Of a stretch of 64,000 nucleotides of DNA, positions 23,042 to 36,688 are shown piece after piece. A model generated the notes under the pieces. The model worked only from the letters and a program-made list of their open reading frames with translations. It was not told the DNA's origin and made no database searches. The position numbers were made by a program, and so were the translations under genes. This stretch comes from Saprolegnia diclina VS20 (lineage: Eukaryota). The DNA lies in the NCBI RefSeq assembly GCF_000281045.1, contig NW_008246165.1:85604-149603 (forward strand). The letters run 5' to 3'. The number at the start of each line of letters is the position of its first letter. Position 1 is the stretch's first letter.

Positions 23042-24460
23042 TTAGCACGCCGGGTGCGAACTAAAGTACGTGTCGACTAGATCGAATGCAGACGCGATCG
23101 AGCACTCAACCGTCTCCATAAAGCGAACCGCGCCCGTGTGGTACGTCGACCGGTGGCCCTGGAGCTTTGCCAGGGCCGCATGCCAGCCGTTGGCAACCGT
23201 CGTTGGGCTAACGTGGGCAAAATAGTCCCAGCTCTTGCTAAACCGAAGATCTGCTGCTGTCAGTGGTGTGGCGACGGCCCCCGGCTCTGAAACGTTCTTG
23301 TTGAGCTGGGAAAGTGTGCTCTGCGCCAGCGCCGTGACGTTTTCGAGTGAGATCACGTCCTTGCCGCGCTTGTACGAGTAGACGTTAAAGTACTTGGTGT
23401 CGGACGGCTGCGTGTAGAAGATGACGGGCGCGCCGTCACCAAGCGGCTCGCCAAACGCCAGTGGCTTGGCCGCGTTGCCTGTGAGCTGGAGCTGGTTCGA
23501 GTACTGATGTTGCGGCTCGACGTGGTCGAGCGTCCAGACTGTCGTGAAGTACTGGACCGTCTCCACGTGTTTGAAGACGTCGACTTCCTGGGCGTCCAGA
23601 CCCAGTGGCTGAAGGAGGTCCAAGCGATGCGGGATCGTGTTGATGATCGAAGCGCACGCTTGCGTCTGAGGACCCTTGCCGTTCACCGTGTACATGATGC
23701 TAGCCCCGTCCGCTCGGCGGTCCATGCTGGCAATGGTTGCACTGTATCGAAAAGTTGCATGCGTTAACGACGACGCAATCTTGGCGAAGAGGAGGTGGTA
23801 GTCGGTGATGAAGATCGTCGACTGGTGTGTCGCAAATTGCACAAAGAGCGACGGCTTGATGTACGCCAGAGCATGCATCGTGGGGAGGTCGTGGAGCGAG
23901 CCGTAGCCGCATGCAGTGAGGTACACGTGAAAGAGCGGGAGGAGCGGCTCCAAATGATTGGCTGCCACAAACGCTGCCATGGGCGCCGCAATCTCGGCCG
24001 GCACGCCATTCGGAAAGCCCGGGCGGATGTAGGCTGCGTACTTGGCGTAGACGGCCGCGTAGCGCTGCATGGCAGCGACCGCCGCGGTCGCGTTCGAAGG
24101 AAGCGTCGAAGCGTCGAGGATCGTGCCTGTTTCGACGTTGTAGAAGTACTCTTGCGGCAGCGCAATGAGCGGGCGTTCGACGTTGAACTTGTCGAGGAGC
24201 TCGATCGAAAGCGGGTACATGGTCGTGTCGCCAAAAATGGCGCCAATGTGGTGGTTGAAGCCTTCGGGCGAGACCCAGTTCTCCGTCTTGCCACCAGGAC
24301 CGTCCTTCTTGTCAAAAATCACAACATCGGTGATGCCCTTCTCTGCGAGGCGCAGCGCCGACGCAAGGCCCGAGGGTCCGGCACCAAGAATGCAAACAGG
24401 CGCGGTGGCCGTGACGCCGGCGAGACCCGCGAGGCACGAGAGAAGGATCGAAGCGCGCAT
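23042..24460 (-). CDS. Secreted FAD-dependent oxidoreductase, polyunsaturated fatty acid isomerase (PAI)-like
   Basis: Signal peptide MRASILLSCLAGLAGVTA; GAGPSG Rossmann motif, GGK, GAIFG, TACGYG, WDYFAHVS, GW...LQGHRSTYHTG and DLVDTYF are collinear with Propionibacterium acnes PAI motifs (GAIMG, TAFGYG, WYYFPHVS, MQGRRNTFYAG). Intronless. Confidence 0.8.
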   Translation of the reverse strand: MRASILLSCLAGLAGVTATAPVCILGAGPSGLASALRLAEKGITDVVIFDKKDGPGGKTENWVSPEGFNHHIGAIFGDTTMYPLSIELLDKFNVERPLIALPQEYFYNVETGTILDASTLPSNATAAVAAMQRYAAVYAKYAAYIRPGFPNGVPAEIAAPMAAFVAANHLEPLLPLFHVYLTACGYGSLHDLPTMHALAYIKPSLFVQFATHQSTIFITDYHLLFAKIASSLTHATFRYSATIASMDRRADGASIMYTVNGKGPQTQACASIINTIPHRLDLLQPLGLDAQEVDVFKHVETVQYFTTVWTLDHVEPQHQYSNQLQLTGNAAKPLAFGEPLGDGAPVIFYTQPSDTKYFNVYSYKRGKDVISLENVTALAQSTLSQLNKNVSEPGAVATPLTAADLRFSKSWDYFAHVSPTTVANGWHAALAKLQGHRSTYHTGAVRFMETVECSIASAFDLVDTYFSSHPAC

Positions 24461-25251
24461 GACAAGCAGCGAGAAAGTTGAGCAATGAACCGTTCTGAAG
24501 CTCCACTGAGTACAACGACTGGTACCATGTCTATTTGCGACCCTGCACACAACCCGTCGGACAATTGATGCGGGTCAAAAGCAAATGACAAAAAGGGGTG
24601 CGAAATCGATCCAACAAGTTGCCAATAGCACCATCTTTTGTCATGTGGGTCTGATCTTTGGTCCTGTCCAAATGCAAACGCGAAACTCGCGCTGAGCAAT
24701 CCAATCACCGTGAGAAACCAGGTGTTCGAGGACGCCGCCTTTTCTAACGTCGACACAAGCCTTGTCCAGTGGCCGAAGCTGTCCGGTTGGAGAGCATAAG
24801 TATCTCGTACTTCGTGGCCCGCGGTGTCTTCACCATATACACTACTCTGTACTAAAGTCGACTAAGATCTACCACCTACTAAGTATATTCCCAAACAATA
24901 CAATCGACGACATAAGCGTGATAAGACACCGAGATGCTCGCCAAACACCATTGGCTTGCTCCTAGTCGTGCCATACCCACATCGAGTACATCAGTCTAGG
25001 ATCATTGCAGGAAAGAACTGTGTCGCCTTGGCGACTTGCCAGAAATTGCGAAGCTCATGGCATCCGCACAACAGTCATCTGGTGGTTCTGCTCGTCACGT
25101 GATGCCCCACGAGCAACCTCTCGGGGCTCTGACAAATTTAGCATCGCAAACGTGCACGTGAAGACGCCAAATATAACGCGACGCAAGTTTGTTGTTGAAA
25201 TGAGTTATTCACACGACTCAGGTTTGTTGTATAAAGGCCGTTTGGCGAGCC

Positions 25252-27048
25252 TTACGCGAAGACGTCCTGGAGATGCCGGAATGCCAAGAGGTCGGCGAGG
25301 TCGTCGGGGTGTCCAAAGAACTGGTCGCACCACCAGCGCACGAGCTTTTGCCGCGCGACGGGCAACATCCACGAGTGTCTAACGGCAACCGCGTCCAAAA
25401 ACGACACGGTCAACATCGATGGGTACTGAGCACACAGCTCGACGAGCAGTCGCTCGGGGTCGAGCGTTCTCGCGCTGCGATACGCAGTGATCGTGGCGCC
25501 ACCGAGCGTCGGGTCGATCTCGTCCGTAACGCGGCGACCAGTGCACGTCCAGTACAAGTGGGCGGCCGCGGCGGCATCCGAAACGTCGTCCGTGGTCTGA
25601 AGAAGCCAGCGGTGAAGTCTCCGCCACGGAGCGCGAGGGAAGAGCCGCACGATCGTGAGCGTCGTCACGTATCCAAAGGCGTCGTCGTCGGGGCCCACGC
25701 CCGGAAGGCCGAGGCGAGCTACGAGCTGCATGGTTTGGCTTGCGCCGCTGCAAAGCGCGCACACGGCGACGGGCCAGCGAACACCGGGCTCGGCCCGGGC
25801 GAGTGCGTGAAGCCCCATGGGCTCTGCCATGTCGAGATGGGCCACGAGGTATGGCGTCCACTCGATGCAGCGCGCAGCAACGAGAGCCTTGATAACGTCC
25901 GTCACTTCATCAGCGCAGCGAAAGATGCCAGTGTGCGCGAAGGAAATCATTAGTTTGGTAAAGTCCGGCCCGAGACGCATCGGACGGCGGTCGATGAGCG
26001 CCACGACATGCGCGAGAGGCGCCATGAAGACCGCACTCTCAAACGCCTCTCGCGAGCACACGGCGTGTGGGCAGTGGTCCAGCAGATACGTCACGACGTG
26101 GGGGTAGCACTTGTTCAGCGCCATGTTGAGCGCCGTGTCCGTGACCGTCGCAGGGTAGTGCTCGTGCAAGAACGCGACAATGTCGAGGTACCCGCAGGAG
26201 GCGGCCCGGTCCACTGCGTCGCTTGTCGCGCTGCTCCCGCTCGCATGAAGCCGCTTGACGACTGCCAAGTCGCCGCACACGGTTGCCGCTTCGATCAAGC
26301 TGCCAGCGGGCGGAGTGCAGCGGTTCTTCAAGAACCGAACGCTTTGAGGCGCGCGGCGCTTGGTCGCCCACGCGAGTGCGTCCGGTGTCCAGCCACGGGT
26401 CGTATACGAGGCGAGCAAGACGTAGAGCTCGCGACTGTTGTGATGGGCAATGCGCTTTGGAAGGTCTGACGACGTGGACGTCATCTCATTGGCTGCTTGC
26501 GCGGCGCGGAAGAGGCCCATTCGCTTCGCAAGGGCGTCGCGGGCCATGGCCAAGCTGCCACGAAGGCTTTGGACGGCGCGCGACGGCAGCGCCATGCGAG
26601 CTTCGGGGCGTGGCTTGGGCGCGATGGCTTGGACTGGCGAGACGCACGTACGTAGCTCGTCGACGACCTCTCGCTGCTTGAGAAGCAACCGAACGATCGG
26701 CACGTGGCCGCTGACAAAGGCGCAGTCGATGGCTTCCGCCGACACCAACGACCGCTCGTAGCGGAGGATGTACGCGACCAGCTGCGCGTTGCCATGAACG
26801 ATCGCGAGATGGAGCGGGAAGCGCTCGTCCGACGTCGAGTCCACCGGCAAGCAGAGGTCCTCGCTGCGGAGGCGCTCCGTCCAGTTGGGCGACACGTAGT
26901 CAAAGAAGAATACGGAACTGGAATCGCCCATGCGGCGGCGCTTGGAGTACATGGCTGCGCGCGCGATCGCTTCTAGAGGTGTCAAACCGTGCTGGTACGA
27001 GAAGACGATGGCCGCGAGCGCGGGCTCGACTAGCGGGTGCGCAGCCAT
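25252..27048 (-). CDS. Ankyrin-like repeat family member (598 aa)
   Basis: N-terminal PALAAIVFSYQHG, DERFPLHLAI, AIDCAF, DRAASCGYLDIVAFLHE, C-terminal KLVRWWCD. Confidence 0.8.
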   Translation of the reverse strand: MAAHPLVEPALAAIVFSYQHGLTPLEAIARAAMYSKRRRMGDSSSVFFFDYVSPNWTERLRSEDLCLPVDSTSDERFPLHLAIVHGNAQLVAYILRYERSLVSAEAIDCAFVSGHVPIVRLLLKQREVVDELRTCVSPVQAIAPKPRPEARMALPSRAVQSLRGSLAMARDALAKRMGLFRAAQAANEMTSTSSDLPKRIAHHNSRELYVLLASYTTRGWTPDALAWATKRRAPQSVRFLKNRCTPPAGSLIEAATVCGDLAVVKRLHASGSSATSDAVDRAASCGYLDIVAFLHEHYPATVTDTALNMALNKCYPHVVTYLLDHCPHAVCSREAFESAVFMAPLAHVVALIDRRPMRLGPDFTKLMISFAHTGIFRCADEVTDVIKALVAARCIEWTPYLVAHLDMAEPMGLHALARAEPGVRWPVAVCALCSGASQTMQLVARLGLPGVGPDDDAFGYVTTLTIVRLFPRAPWRRLHRWLLQTTDDVSDAAAAAHLYWTCTGRRVTDEIDPTLGGATITAYRSARTLDPERLLVELCAQYPSMLTVSFLDAVAVRHSWMLPVARQKLVRWWCDQFFGHPDDLADLLAFRHLQDVFA

Positions 27049-27314
27049 TGCTCGACCGCTCTTCCCAGATTGATATTAGAGTGTCTGATTGGTCGTCATT
27101 GAAAAATGGACCAATCAGAGGCCGAAAATGCTTCATTGGTCGCTCGAACTTCTATGTATCGAGGGCCATACTTTAAATAAGATACCGGGAGTATTGTTTC
27201 AACTCAGCTGAGCCAAGCCTCGGCAGCCCTTGTGAGTGTGCCCTAAAACCTCTAATCTTTATATAAACTTGTATGAATATAGTGCTATGATTTGCGCACG
27301 AATTATCGTTTCGC

Positions 27315-28919
27315 TCAAGCAGCTTCGAGGCCGCGGGTCGACAAGAGTTGGGCTTGGCCACTGCCGTCAAAATGATCGCACCACCAGCGCACGAGCTTGC
27401 GTCGGACGTCTCGATGCATCCAGTCGCGGCTGGCGGCAATACAGTCGAGCAAATGCTCATTCAGAAGCTCCGGGTACGAGGCCCGCAGCACCAGAAGCAG
27501 CTTGTCGAGGTCGATCCAGAGCGCGTCACCAAACGATGGGACCGTGACGCCACCGTACGTCAGGTCGAACATCTCGGTAGCGCGGCGGCCCGTGCCTACC
27601 TTCAGCAAATACGCACCAACCTCGTTGCGCTTGGTGGTTTGCAGGGCGACGTCGTACCACATGTCCGGGTTCCACCACGCGATCTCGGGCAAGAGCCGCA
27701 TGAGCGAGAGCACGCTCGCGTGGTCGAACGCATCGTCGTACGCAAAGTCGGACGCTCCGTCTTCAAAGCAGCGACGCGCGGTCGTCGGCGAAAAGCTGAG
27801 CAGCGCGCAGACGCAGACAGACCAGCGCATTGCGGGCACGGCAGTCACGAGCGACAGCAACTCGTCATCCGCATTCTGTCGGACGACCAGTGCCACCATC
27901 GAAGGCGTCCACTCAATGCAATGTGCGACCGCGAGCATTTGCAGCACGTCTAATCGACGCAGCGCAAAGAGTCGGGCGATGACATCTCCCGCCGGGCGAA
28001 TCGGACGGTGCGCAATGACGCCGGCGACAAGGTCGAGGGATCCGTGCACAAGGCTCGTGGTGACGCTCGCCATCGAGCACACGAGATACGGGCAGCGCGC
28101 GAGGAGATATAGCGCGGCGTCGGTGCGGAGGTTGGAGAGAGCTCGCTCGAGCGCTTCGTTCGAGACGGTTTTGGGGCAGTGACGTACAAGGAAGACAACA
28201 ATCTCGAGGTGGCCGGCGGCAGCGGCTTCGGCGAGCGCGCGTGGTGTGGCACCGACCCCGTCAACGTGCAGGCGCATCGTAAGGCCCAAGTCACCATACT
28301 TAGCGGCCATGTCGACGAGATTGGCGACGGTAGGAGTGCCACGACAGCGCTCGTACAAGCACTCGAAGCTGCGCATCTTGTGGGTTTGAATCGCAAGCGT
28401 TAGTGCGTCATGGGACCAGCCGTTCTGCGTGTGCGTGGCGAGGAGGGCGTAGAGCGTCGGGTCGTCGTGTCTCACGATGCGCGATGGAAGGTCCCACGAC
28501 GTCTCGGTTGCAGGCGTTGCAGCGGTTGCATCGATCGGCTCAAAGCACGTGCGCAGCTCGGCGACGCTCGCTCGCTGCAGCAGCAGATACTGCACGATCG
28601 CCACATGGCCGTTGACAAACGCGCAGTCGATGGCCTCGGCCGACACCATCGATCGGTGGTAGTCGACAATGTAGGCGACCAGCGGCGCGTGGCCACGAAG
28701 GATGGCAAAGTGCAGCGGCAAGCGAAGATCGACGTTTGGCCCTGGTGGCAGGCAGAGGTCGTTGCACCCGTAGTGCACGCTAGAGCCTGGCGCAGCATAT
28801 ACGCTGCCGCGCTTGCGGAAAGATAGAGTGCGCGCGATGGCCTCCCGCGGCGAGCTGCCGTGCTGGTAGGCAACGATGGCCGCCGCCAGGGCAGACGAAC
28901 TGAACACGGCCATTGCCAT
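27315..28919 (-). CDS. Ankyrin-like repeat family member (534 aa), tandem paralog
   Basis: SALAAAIVAYQHG, DLRLPLHFAI, SAEAIDCAF, AAAAGHLEIVVFL, KLVRWWCD; collinear with 25252-27048. Confidence 0.8.
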   Translation of the reverse strand: MAMAVFSSSALAAAIVAYQHGSSPREAIARTLSFRKRGSVYAAPGSSVHYGCNDLCLPPGPNVDLRLPLHFAILRGHAPLVAYIVDYHRSMVSAEAIDCAFVNGHVAIVQYLLLQRASVAELRTCFEPIDATAATPATETSWDLPSRIVRHDDPTLYALLATHTQNGWSHDALTLAIQTHKMRSFECLYERCRGTPTVANLVDMAAKYGDLGLTMRLHVDGVGATPRALAEAAAAGHLEIVVFLVRHCPKTVSNEALERALSNLRTDAALYLLARCPYLVCSMASVTTSLVHGSLDLVAGVIAHRPIRPAGDVIARLFALRRLDVLQMLAVAHCIEWTPSMVALVVRQNADDELLSLVTAVPAMRWSVCVCALLSFSPTTARRCFEDGASDFAYDDAFDHASVLSLMRLLPEIAWWNPDMWYDVALQTTKRNEVGAYLLKVGTGRRATEMFDLTYGGVTVPSFGDALWIDLDKLLLVLRASYPELLNEHLLDCIAASRDWMHRDVRRKLVRWWCDHFDGSGQAQLLSTRGLEAA

Positions 28920-29519
28920 GCTTGTCGCTAATTATGCTGGCGTGGGATTGGCGATTAATCCGCGCGTGGTCGCTGTGGATTGGTGCGTTGATTAAAAAGA
29001 AGCCAATCAAACGGGCCACAATCCAAGAATGATGGTCTCCTGTGTCTTTTGATACTCACGATCGCCATTTTTGCCGCTGGAATGAGGTTCGAGCTGGTCC
29101 ATTAACAGTATTGGTCCTGCCTCGATGCAGTGATCTAGTCAGGTCAAAGCTGTGCATGCAAGATTCCCGCAGGGCTCAAGGGGCCGTCCAGCTAGTCCCT
29201 TCGTCATGTCTGCTACAAGTACGACGCGCTCCATGCGATCTACGAGTAAAGGATAAATGGCAGAAAATACGATGCTAAATTCCATTGAGCGACGTCAACG
29301 GCACCAAAATGGAAACAATGTTGTACAACACGTTGGGTCGATCCTGAGTCTTTCCCACCATCTCGACAGTACCTTGACCGTGTCCGGGCGACGACGCGTA
29401 GGCGCCGGTTGCTGCGTCCAGTGCCGTACAATATGTGGTCGCTCGGCCTCGGGGGCGACGTGAGAACACTAGAGTCGACTTGCTGACAAAACTGACCTGC
29501 GATCGACCACGAGGTCCGG

Positions 29520-29620
29520 CATCGCAACGCACGTGCTCGTGGAAGTGGCCAAAGTGCAGCAACGATTCCACGTCACGGAAGCTCGTCAATTGCATTTTGA
29601 ACTGCACCTCACCTCTTACA
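29520..29620 (-). pseudogene. Relic 5' fragment of an ankyrin-family gene related to 51222
   Basis: 20-nt exact match ccacttccacgagcacgtgc (29529-29548 minus; 51323-51342 plus); LTSFRDV/HFGHFHEHV vs MASFGDI/YFDHFHEHV; shared upstream aagaggtg; ATG lost and internal deletion. Confidence 0.6.
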
Positions 29621-29769
29621 GTCGATAGAGAGACCTCGATAGCTATGATGCCAAATATCTGTCATATCGTTTGGACGCTCTAGCTTCACGCCATGGCACA
29701 GCCTTTCTACTCGATACATTGATAGTTCGCGTGATCAAACGCTTGAAACCGACAAGATCGCGCTCGTCC

Positions 29770-32730
29770 ATGGGTGGTCGGTACTCGAAAGGCCCGATCC
29801 GGAAGGACGCCCGGCCGCTGCTGCCCGCCGCGTGGAACGAGCTTGTGGCGCTCGAGCGATGGCTATCGGTCAACAACGTGCTCTTCGTGACGGACTTGGC
29901 GACGCTTCAGGCGTGGATGCCAGCGAAAGACGTTAGCGCGGCCAAGCGGGTGTTTACCTATCCATTCTGCGCCCTGGACCTTCTCGGTGCGTTCGCCCTA
30001 TTGCAGCACGGCGCGCCGACAACCCGCAAGCTCGAATGTACGGACGCTACGCTCGTCTGCCTCTTGATATTGGGATTGCGAGTAGTTGTCGGTCATTTGC
30101 TCAAGAATGGACCCGACTGCAACAAGCCCGAGCTTCTGATTGCCATGGGGTACGTGGTTCGTGGCGTCGCGCGCTTGAAAGGGCTGCCCACCGTGCCAGA
30201 CGCAACCTTGCAGTTTGTCGCTCGGCGTAAGCACACGCTCGTTACGTCAGCTCATGACGCCCGAAGCGTGCTAGAGGTCTTTGGGGGCGAGACGCAGCTG
30301 CCATGGTCTGTTGTTGTCGCCAAGCTCATCGTGCTGCCCGACATCATCTACTTTCTCAGCGACCTCGATATGGTATGCATGATCCTGAGGTGCTTGGCGA
30401 ACGCATTTTCACAGGTGTCGGTTGACAGCCTCGAGACGCTCATTGGCGAGCAAGCCCACCTCATGCAAGAGCTCGCCAAAGTCGAACATGACCTTGCGGT
30501 TCTCGGTACATTTCACAAGTGACGAATCCCCCAACAGTCTTGTAAACTAGGAACCACAACACTACCTGTCCAGCAAATGCCAACGCATCGCCACGGGTGG
30601 CTCTTCCACGTGGGCTTAGACCTGTATGCGGCGACTGCCACCGTGGGGCGTCGCACCTCCCAGACGCCGATGCAGATCAACATCGACGAGTGCGCGCGCA
30701 TGATCTTCAAGCACTTCAACGCCGAGCCGCGGCCTGTTGTCGGCAGCGGTGCCAAGAAGCACGTGGTCGCGCTCGAAGCCAAGCGCAGCTTCCGACACCC
30801 TGCAGACTTTGTCGCGTTCCTGGCGACCATTTCGGATGGCACCGTGCAGCTGCCGCTCGCGGAGGCGTCGCCGATCCTGCAGACAATGCCGCGTGACCAG
30901 CTCGAGCGCATCTACTGCTCTGACATGATTCGCTGGTTCAAGCACTGGGCGCTCGCCCAGAACCACCGCGGCCACATGGCGTTCGACCAGACGCCGCTCT
31001 GGAAGCACGCGGCCAAGATCATCAAGCGCCATGTGCAAAGCTACATGCTTCGCTGGGACGCCCTCCGAGGAAGCGTGCCTTGCGGTCCGAGGCCGAGCTC
31101 TCGGCTGCTCATGGACGAAGCCCAGTACAGTGTGCTCGTCAAGATCGACCCGCCGCTCAAGTCGACCATGGTCAAACCGGTCGCTGGCATTGGTGGTCGA
31201 CTAGACCTCGTGTTCCACGACGAGGCAGAAGGCGCGGACGGCCCGCCGCTCGTGCATCTTCTTGAAGCCGGGTACCCGACGGTCCTGTCGCTCGAGCTCT
31301 TTGTGTTTCGAGATGTGAATGGTACACTGGTGTCGATGATTTGTCGGCAACTTGAGCCCTGCGGTAGAGGCAACCGCGACACGGCTCGCGTTCTTAGTGA
31401 GTGAATTTCTGAACGACTACAACGTACTCGAAGGCCTCTCGGGGCTGTACGACAAGGCTGTGGGTACGCAAAACGTCTGACGTTCTTCGCTCCACGCGTT
31501 TCTAGTCACTGTGATGAACGGCCTCCGCGAGCACAGCGTGGCCGACGCCTACACAATCGGGATCGCCTCCGACAAGTTGTACCTGCAAATTAACTTGTTG
31601 TCCCAGCGCAATATTGTTGCGGAAATCGAAGTACGTACATCGTCGCCCAATGACGTTATTGACAGACAGTATGCTCCAGGAGATGTGCCAAGCGCCACTG
31701 CGCGACGTCGTCGACAAGCTCCATTGCGAAGTCCAGCTCGGCAACGCATGGAGTGAGATCGTGCAGCACGCCAAGGACATGCGAGCGCTCTTCGAAGCCG
31801 CTTGCAGCGACCCCACGTCCAGCGCAAGCGCATCCCTCCTGCGTCTCCTCTTTGACCAGTTTGATCGCAATGGCTCAGGCGCCTTGGAGCTCGACGTACA
31901 TCCTTCTCCTTCTAGCGCAAATACACTATACACGGGTAGGAGCTCAATGCGCTGCAGCAATCGCGGGGTCTCGGCGTCGTCTACAGCGATGAAGAGTTCC
32001 GCGCGCTTCTCGCCGCCAACGGCGAACTCAATGACTCGTCGCCTAACGGGCTCTCGTGGCAGGCCTTCTTAGCCCACTTTACAACCAACGGCGGGGTCTT
32101 CGACAGCGTCCAGCAGCTCGGTACGCGTGAAATGTATGTGTTGATGTTACCTCATGCGAGGTAGGGGGTCTCAACACCCTCTTGCACGGATCTATCTCGT
32201 GGGTCCTCGCCATCAACCGGCACTGGCTGCTGCACCTCGAAGCCAACGCCGCCACGTCCGTATGGCGCAACCGCTTTCTCAAGTGGAGTCTGCTACTGAC
32301 GCAGTACCTCACCGACGTGACGGTCGAGCTCTCCTTTCCAAATGCACTGAGCTGTGCGCGGTACCTCTGGCCGTCCGTCAAGACGTGGCCCGTCCTCGAG
32401 GCGCCGTATTGGCTCGCCAACCAGCTCTACGATTTAAGCACGCTCTTCTGGCACGCGCATACGGAGCCGCATACAGCCGACGAGGCAGGTTGCTTGAACC
32501 TTCTGTGCGCAGCTCGGAGCTCGCTCTCCAAGCTCGGCCACATGCGGTCGTCCAAGCAGCAAGCGGTGGCGTCCGAGACGTTCGAGATGGAGAGCATCCG
32601 CAAGTTCTTGGAGGCGTATCCTGCGCTTGAAGCCGCCGTCTGTGGCATCCAGCAGCTCTCGGTCGTGACGCGACCCGCGTCGTTCAAGGTCGAGTTGGAC
32701 CACTGCGTTGTGGCCAAAGCCAAACCATAG
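29770..32730 (+). CDS. Uncharacterised EF-hand protein with predicted N-myristoylation site, multi-exon
   Basis: MGGRYS fits MGxxxS; EF-hand FDQFDRNGSGALELD; codon-biased exons (ORFs 29671, 30577, 31614, 32182) separated by GT-AG introns. Confidence 0.6.
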
Positions 32731-32744
32731 CATTCCTCTTCATG

Positions 32745-32891
32745 ATTGGCTGAAACGACAACGGGTTCGCGTTTGGGATTGGTGGCATGGTAACCTTATG
32801 CGCTGTGATTGGTTCGCGCCAAAGATTTGAAATGGAGCGATACGAGTGGCCAAAATGATTTGGATTTGGTTGCATTTGATACGCTGATTGG
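32745..32891. promoter_or_regulatory. CCAAT-box array upstream of GluRS
   Basis: ATTGG at 32745, 32778, 32808 and 32887 within the 210-bp intergenic region. Confidence 0.6.
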
Positions 32892-32939
32892 TGCAGCTCT
32901 CATGGGTCTCACATTGCTGTTGCAGTTTTGGAGTTCCCC

Positions 32940-35008
<2,069 letters not shown>

Positions 35009-35161
35009 GGCATCACACGACACACGACGACGAGCTGCTTGAGGTTACGCAATACTAGTAGTAGTAGATCTTAGTTGTTGGTCGAGGAGGTATGGCAGTG
35101 GCTTCTTTTTTGGTGGCAGGAAAGGACGGCGTCGTCGTCGGCGTCGGCACGAGGTCGATGT

Positions 35162-35680
35162 TTAGTAGGAGAATTGGTTGCGCGAGGGCTGCAGCCAGTG
35201 GGACGACGGGCGCCACGATGGCGTGCTCGGGCTCGCGTCTTGCGTCGATCCGACAAAGAGCGAGTGGAACTGCATGCGCAGCGGCGAGCAAGACGACTCG
35301 ATCGAGTGGCGGCAAAAGTAGTCGATGGCCGTCGCGCCGCCCACGGCCGTCGGCCACGGAATCGCCATGTTTTTGGTGCGCACGTGGTGGACCTTGACGC
35401 TGCGCGTCGCCGGTCGCTGGCGCTTGGCGGTCGGGCGATACACGTCGTCGTCGTCGTCTTCATCGCGGGACGCCTTGCGCTTGATGGCGGGCTTTGGGCC
35501 CAGCAATGGCGGCGGGGGCAACGAGCCGCCAGCATCTTCGAGCTCGAGGAGTTGCGCCATGGGGTTGGCCGGCCGGGCCGCGCGGACCCGGCGGCTGTCG
35601 TCCTCAGCGTCGCTCATCTCAAAGACGAACATCAACTCGTCGTCGCTGTCGTCGTACGTGTCGTCGTGGTTGCGGCTCAT
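35162..35680 (-). CDS. Hypothetical low-complexity protein (172 aa) with possible NLS
   Basis: ATG 35680 MSRNHDD..., GC3-rich codons, KRKAS...AKRQR basic motifs; no recognised domain. Confidence 0.55.
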   Translation of the reverse strand: MSRNHDDTYDDSDDELMFVFEMSDAEDDSRRVRAARPANPMAQLLELEDAGGSLPPPPLLGPKPAIKRKASRDEDDDDDVYRPTAKRQRPATRSVKVHHVRTKNMAIPWPTAVGGATAIDYFCRHSIESSCSPLRMQFHSLFVGSTQDASPSTPSWRPSSHWLQPSRNQFSY

Positions 35681-36688
35681 GGCCCCGGAAGTGGACTCGG
35701 CTCGGGTCGGTGGCAGGTCGGTCGGGCGCTGGAGGTCGGTCGTCGCGGCTCGGGAATTGCAAGTCTGAGCTTCACCGGCCGTTGCCTTGCCAGTAGGTGC
35801 CCCTTTGCAAGATCTTCCCAACTCCGGCGGTTCGGTTAAGTACGCTTTCGATTTCGACATCGAACAACCGTTGTCGTCACGGGCTCGCAAAGGCGAGATA
35901 TTGTCCTCTATATATACTACGACCGATGCGAATACCCTGCTCGTCGACGTCAACCGAGCTCCGTGGGGGTGCGAAGCCCACCGTTGGATGCGCTGGTTGA
36001 AAGGCGAGCAGTGATAAATAATATCAAATGGGCGATATTCTGCGTCTGCGGAGCTCGGGTTCAGGAGACCGAAATGCTAGGACTAGTCGTGATGGAAACC
36101 ACCGCGGCCAGGTAGAGAAGTCGTCCAGAAGTGGCAGGCGTGACGCGATTTGCAACACAGTCCAACGCCAACGTCGAACCTAATCGGAGCGCACTTTGTA
36201 TGAGCTGGCAGTCACACTCATCGAGGTGGACCAAGCAGCCAGCCACCTCCCACTGCACCAACCGCCGCATTCTACTCTGGCTCCTCGATAAAGCACATGA
36301 GTATACGCCAAGCGCACAAGCAGTGCGTACGACACGCTAGGGCGCCCATTCGAGCGATCACGTAATCGGGTTGATCAGGTATAACGAGCTCAACCTCTGC
36401 GTCGGAAGGGAAGTTAGAAGTTAGCGTACCGGCGAGATGGCAAGTACGCAGCAATCTGACTTAGTACCAGGAGCCAGCAGATGCCCACGGATCGATACGA
36501 AGGATGCACGAGCTCGAGGCTCATACGACGTGGTCTAGTGGAGCGGTCAGAGATGGGACCGTTAAGTGCTGTTTTGTGTTCCGGCGTTTGGACCAGAATT
36601 GCGTTTTGGGTAGGCCCCCTACGTTGGTCGTCCCTTCCAGCTGGCTCAAGGTTTTCTCCCGCAGCAGTGAGATTGGCAGCCGACGTGC

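Noticed and set aside
32781..32794. X-box-like GGTGGCATGGTAAC
   Set aside because: Imperfect match, and RFX factors are not expected in oomycetes.
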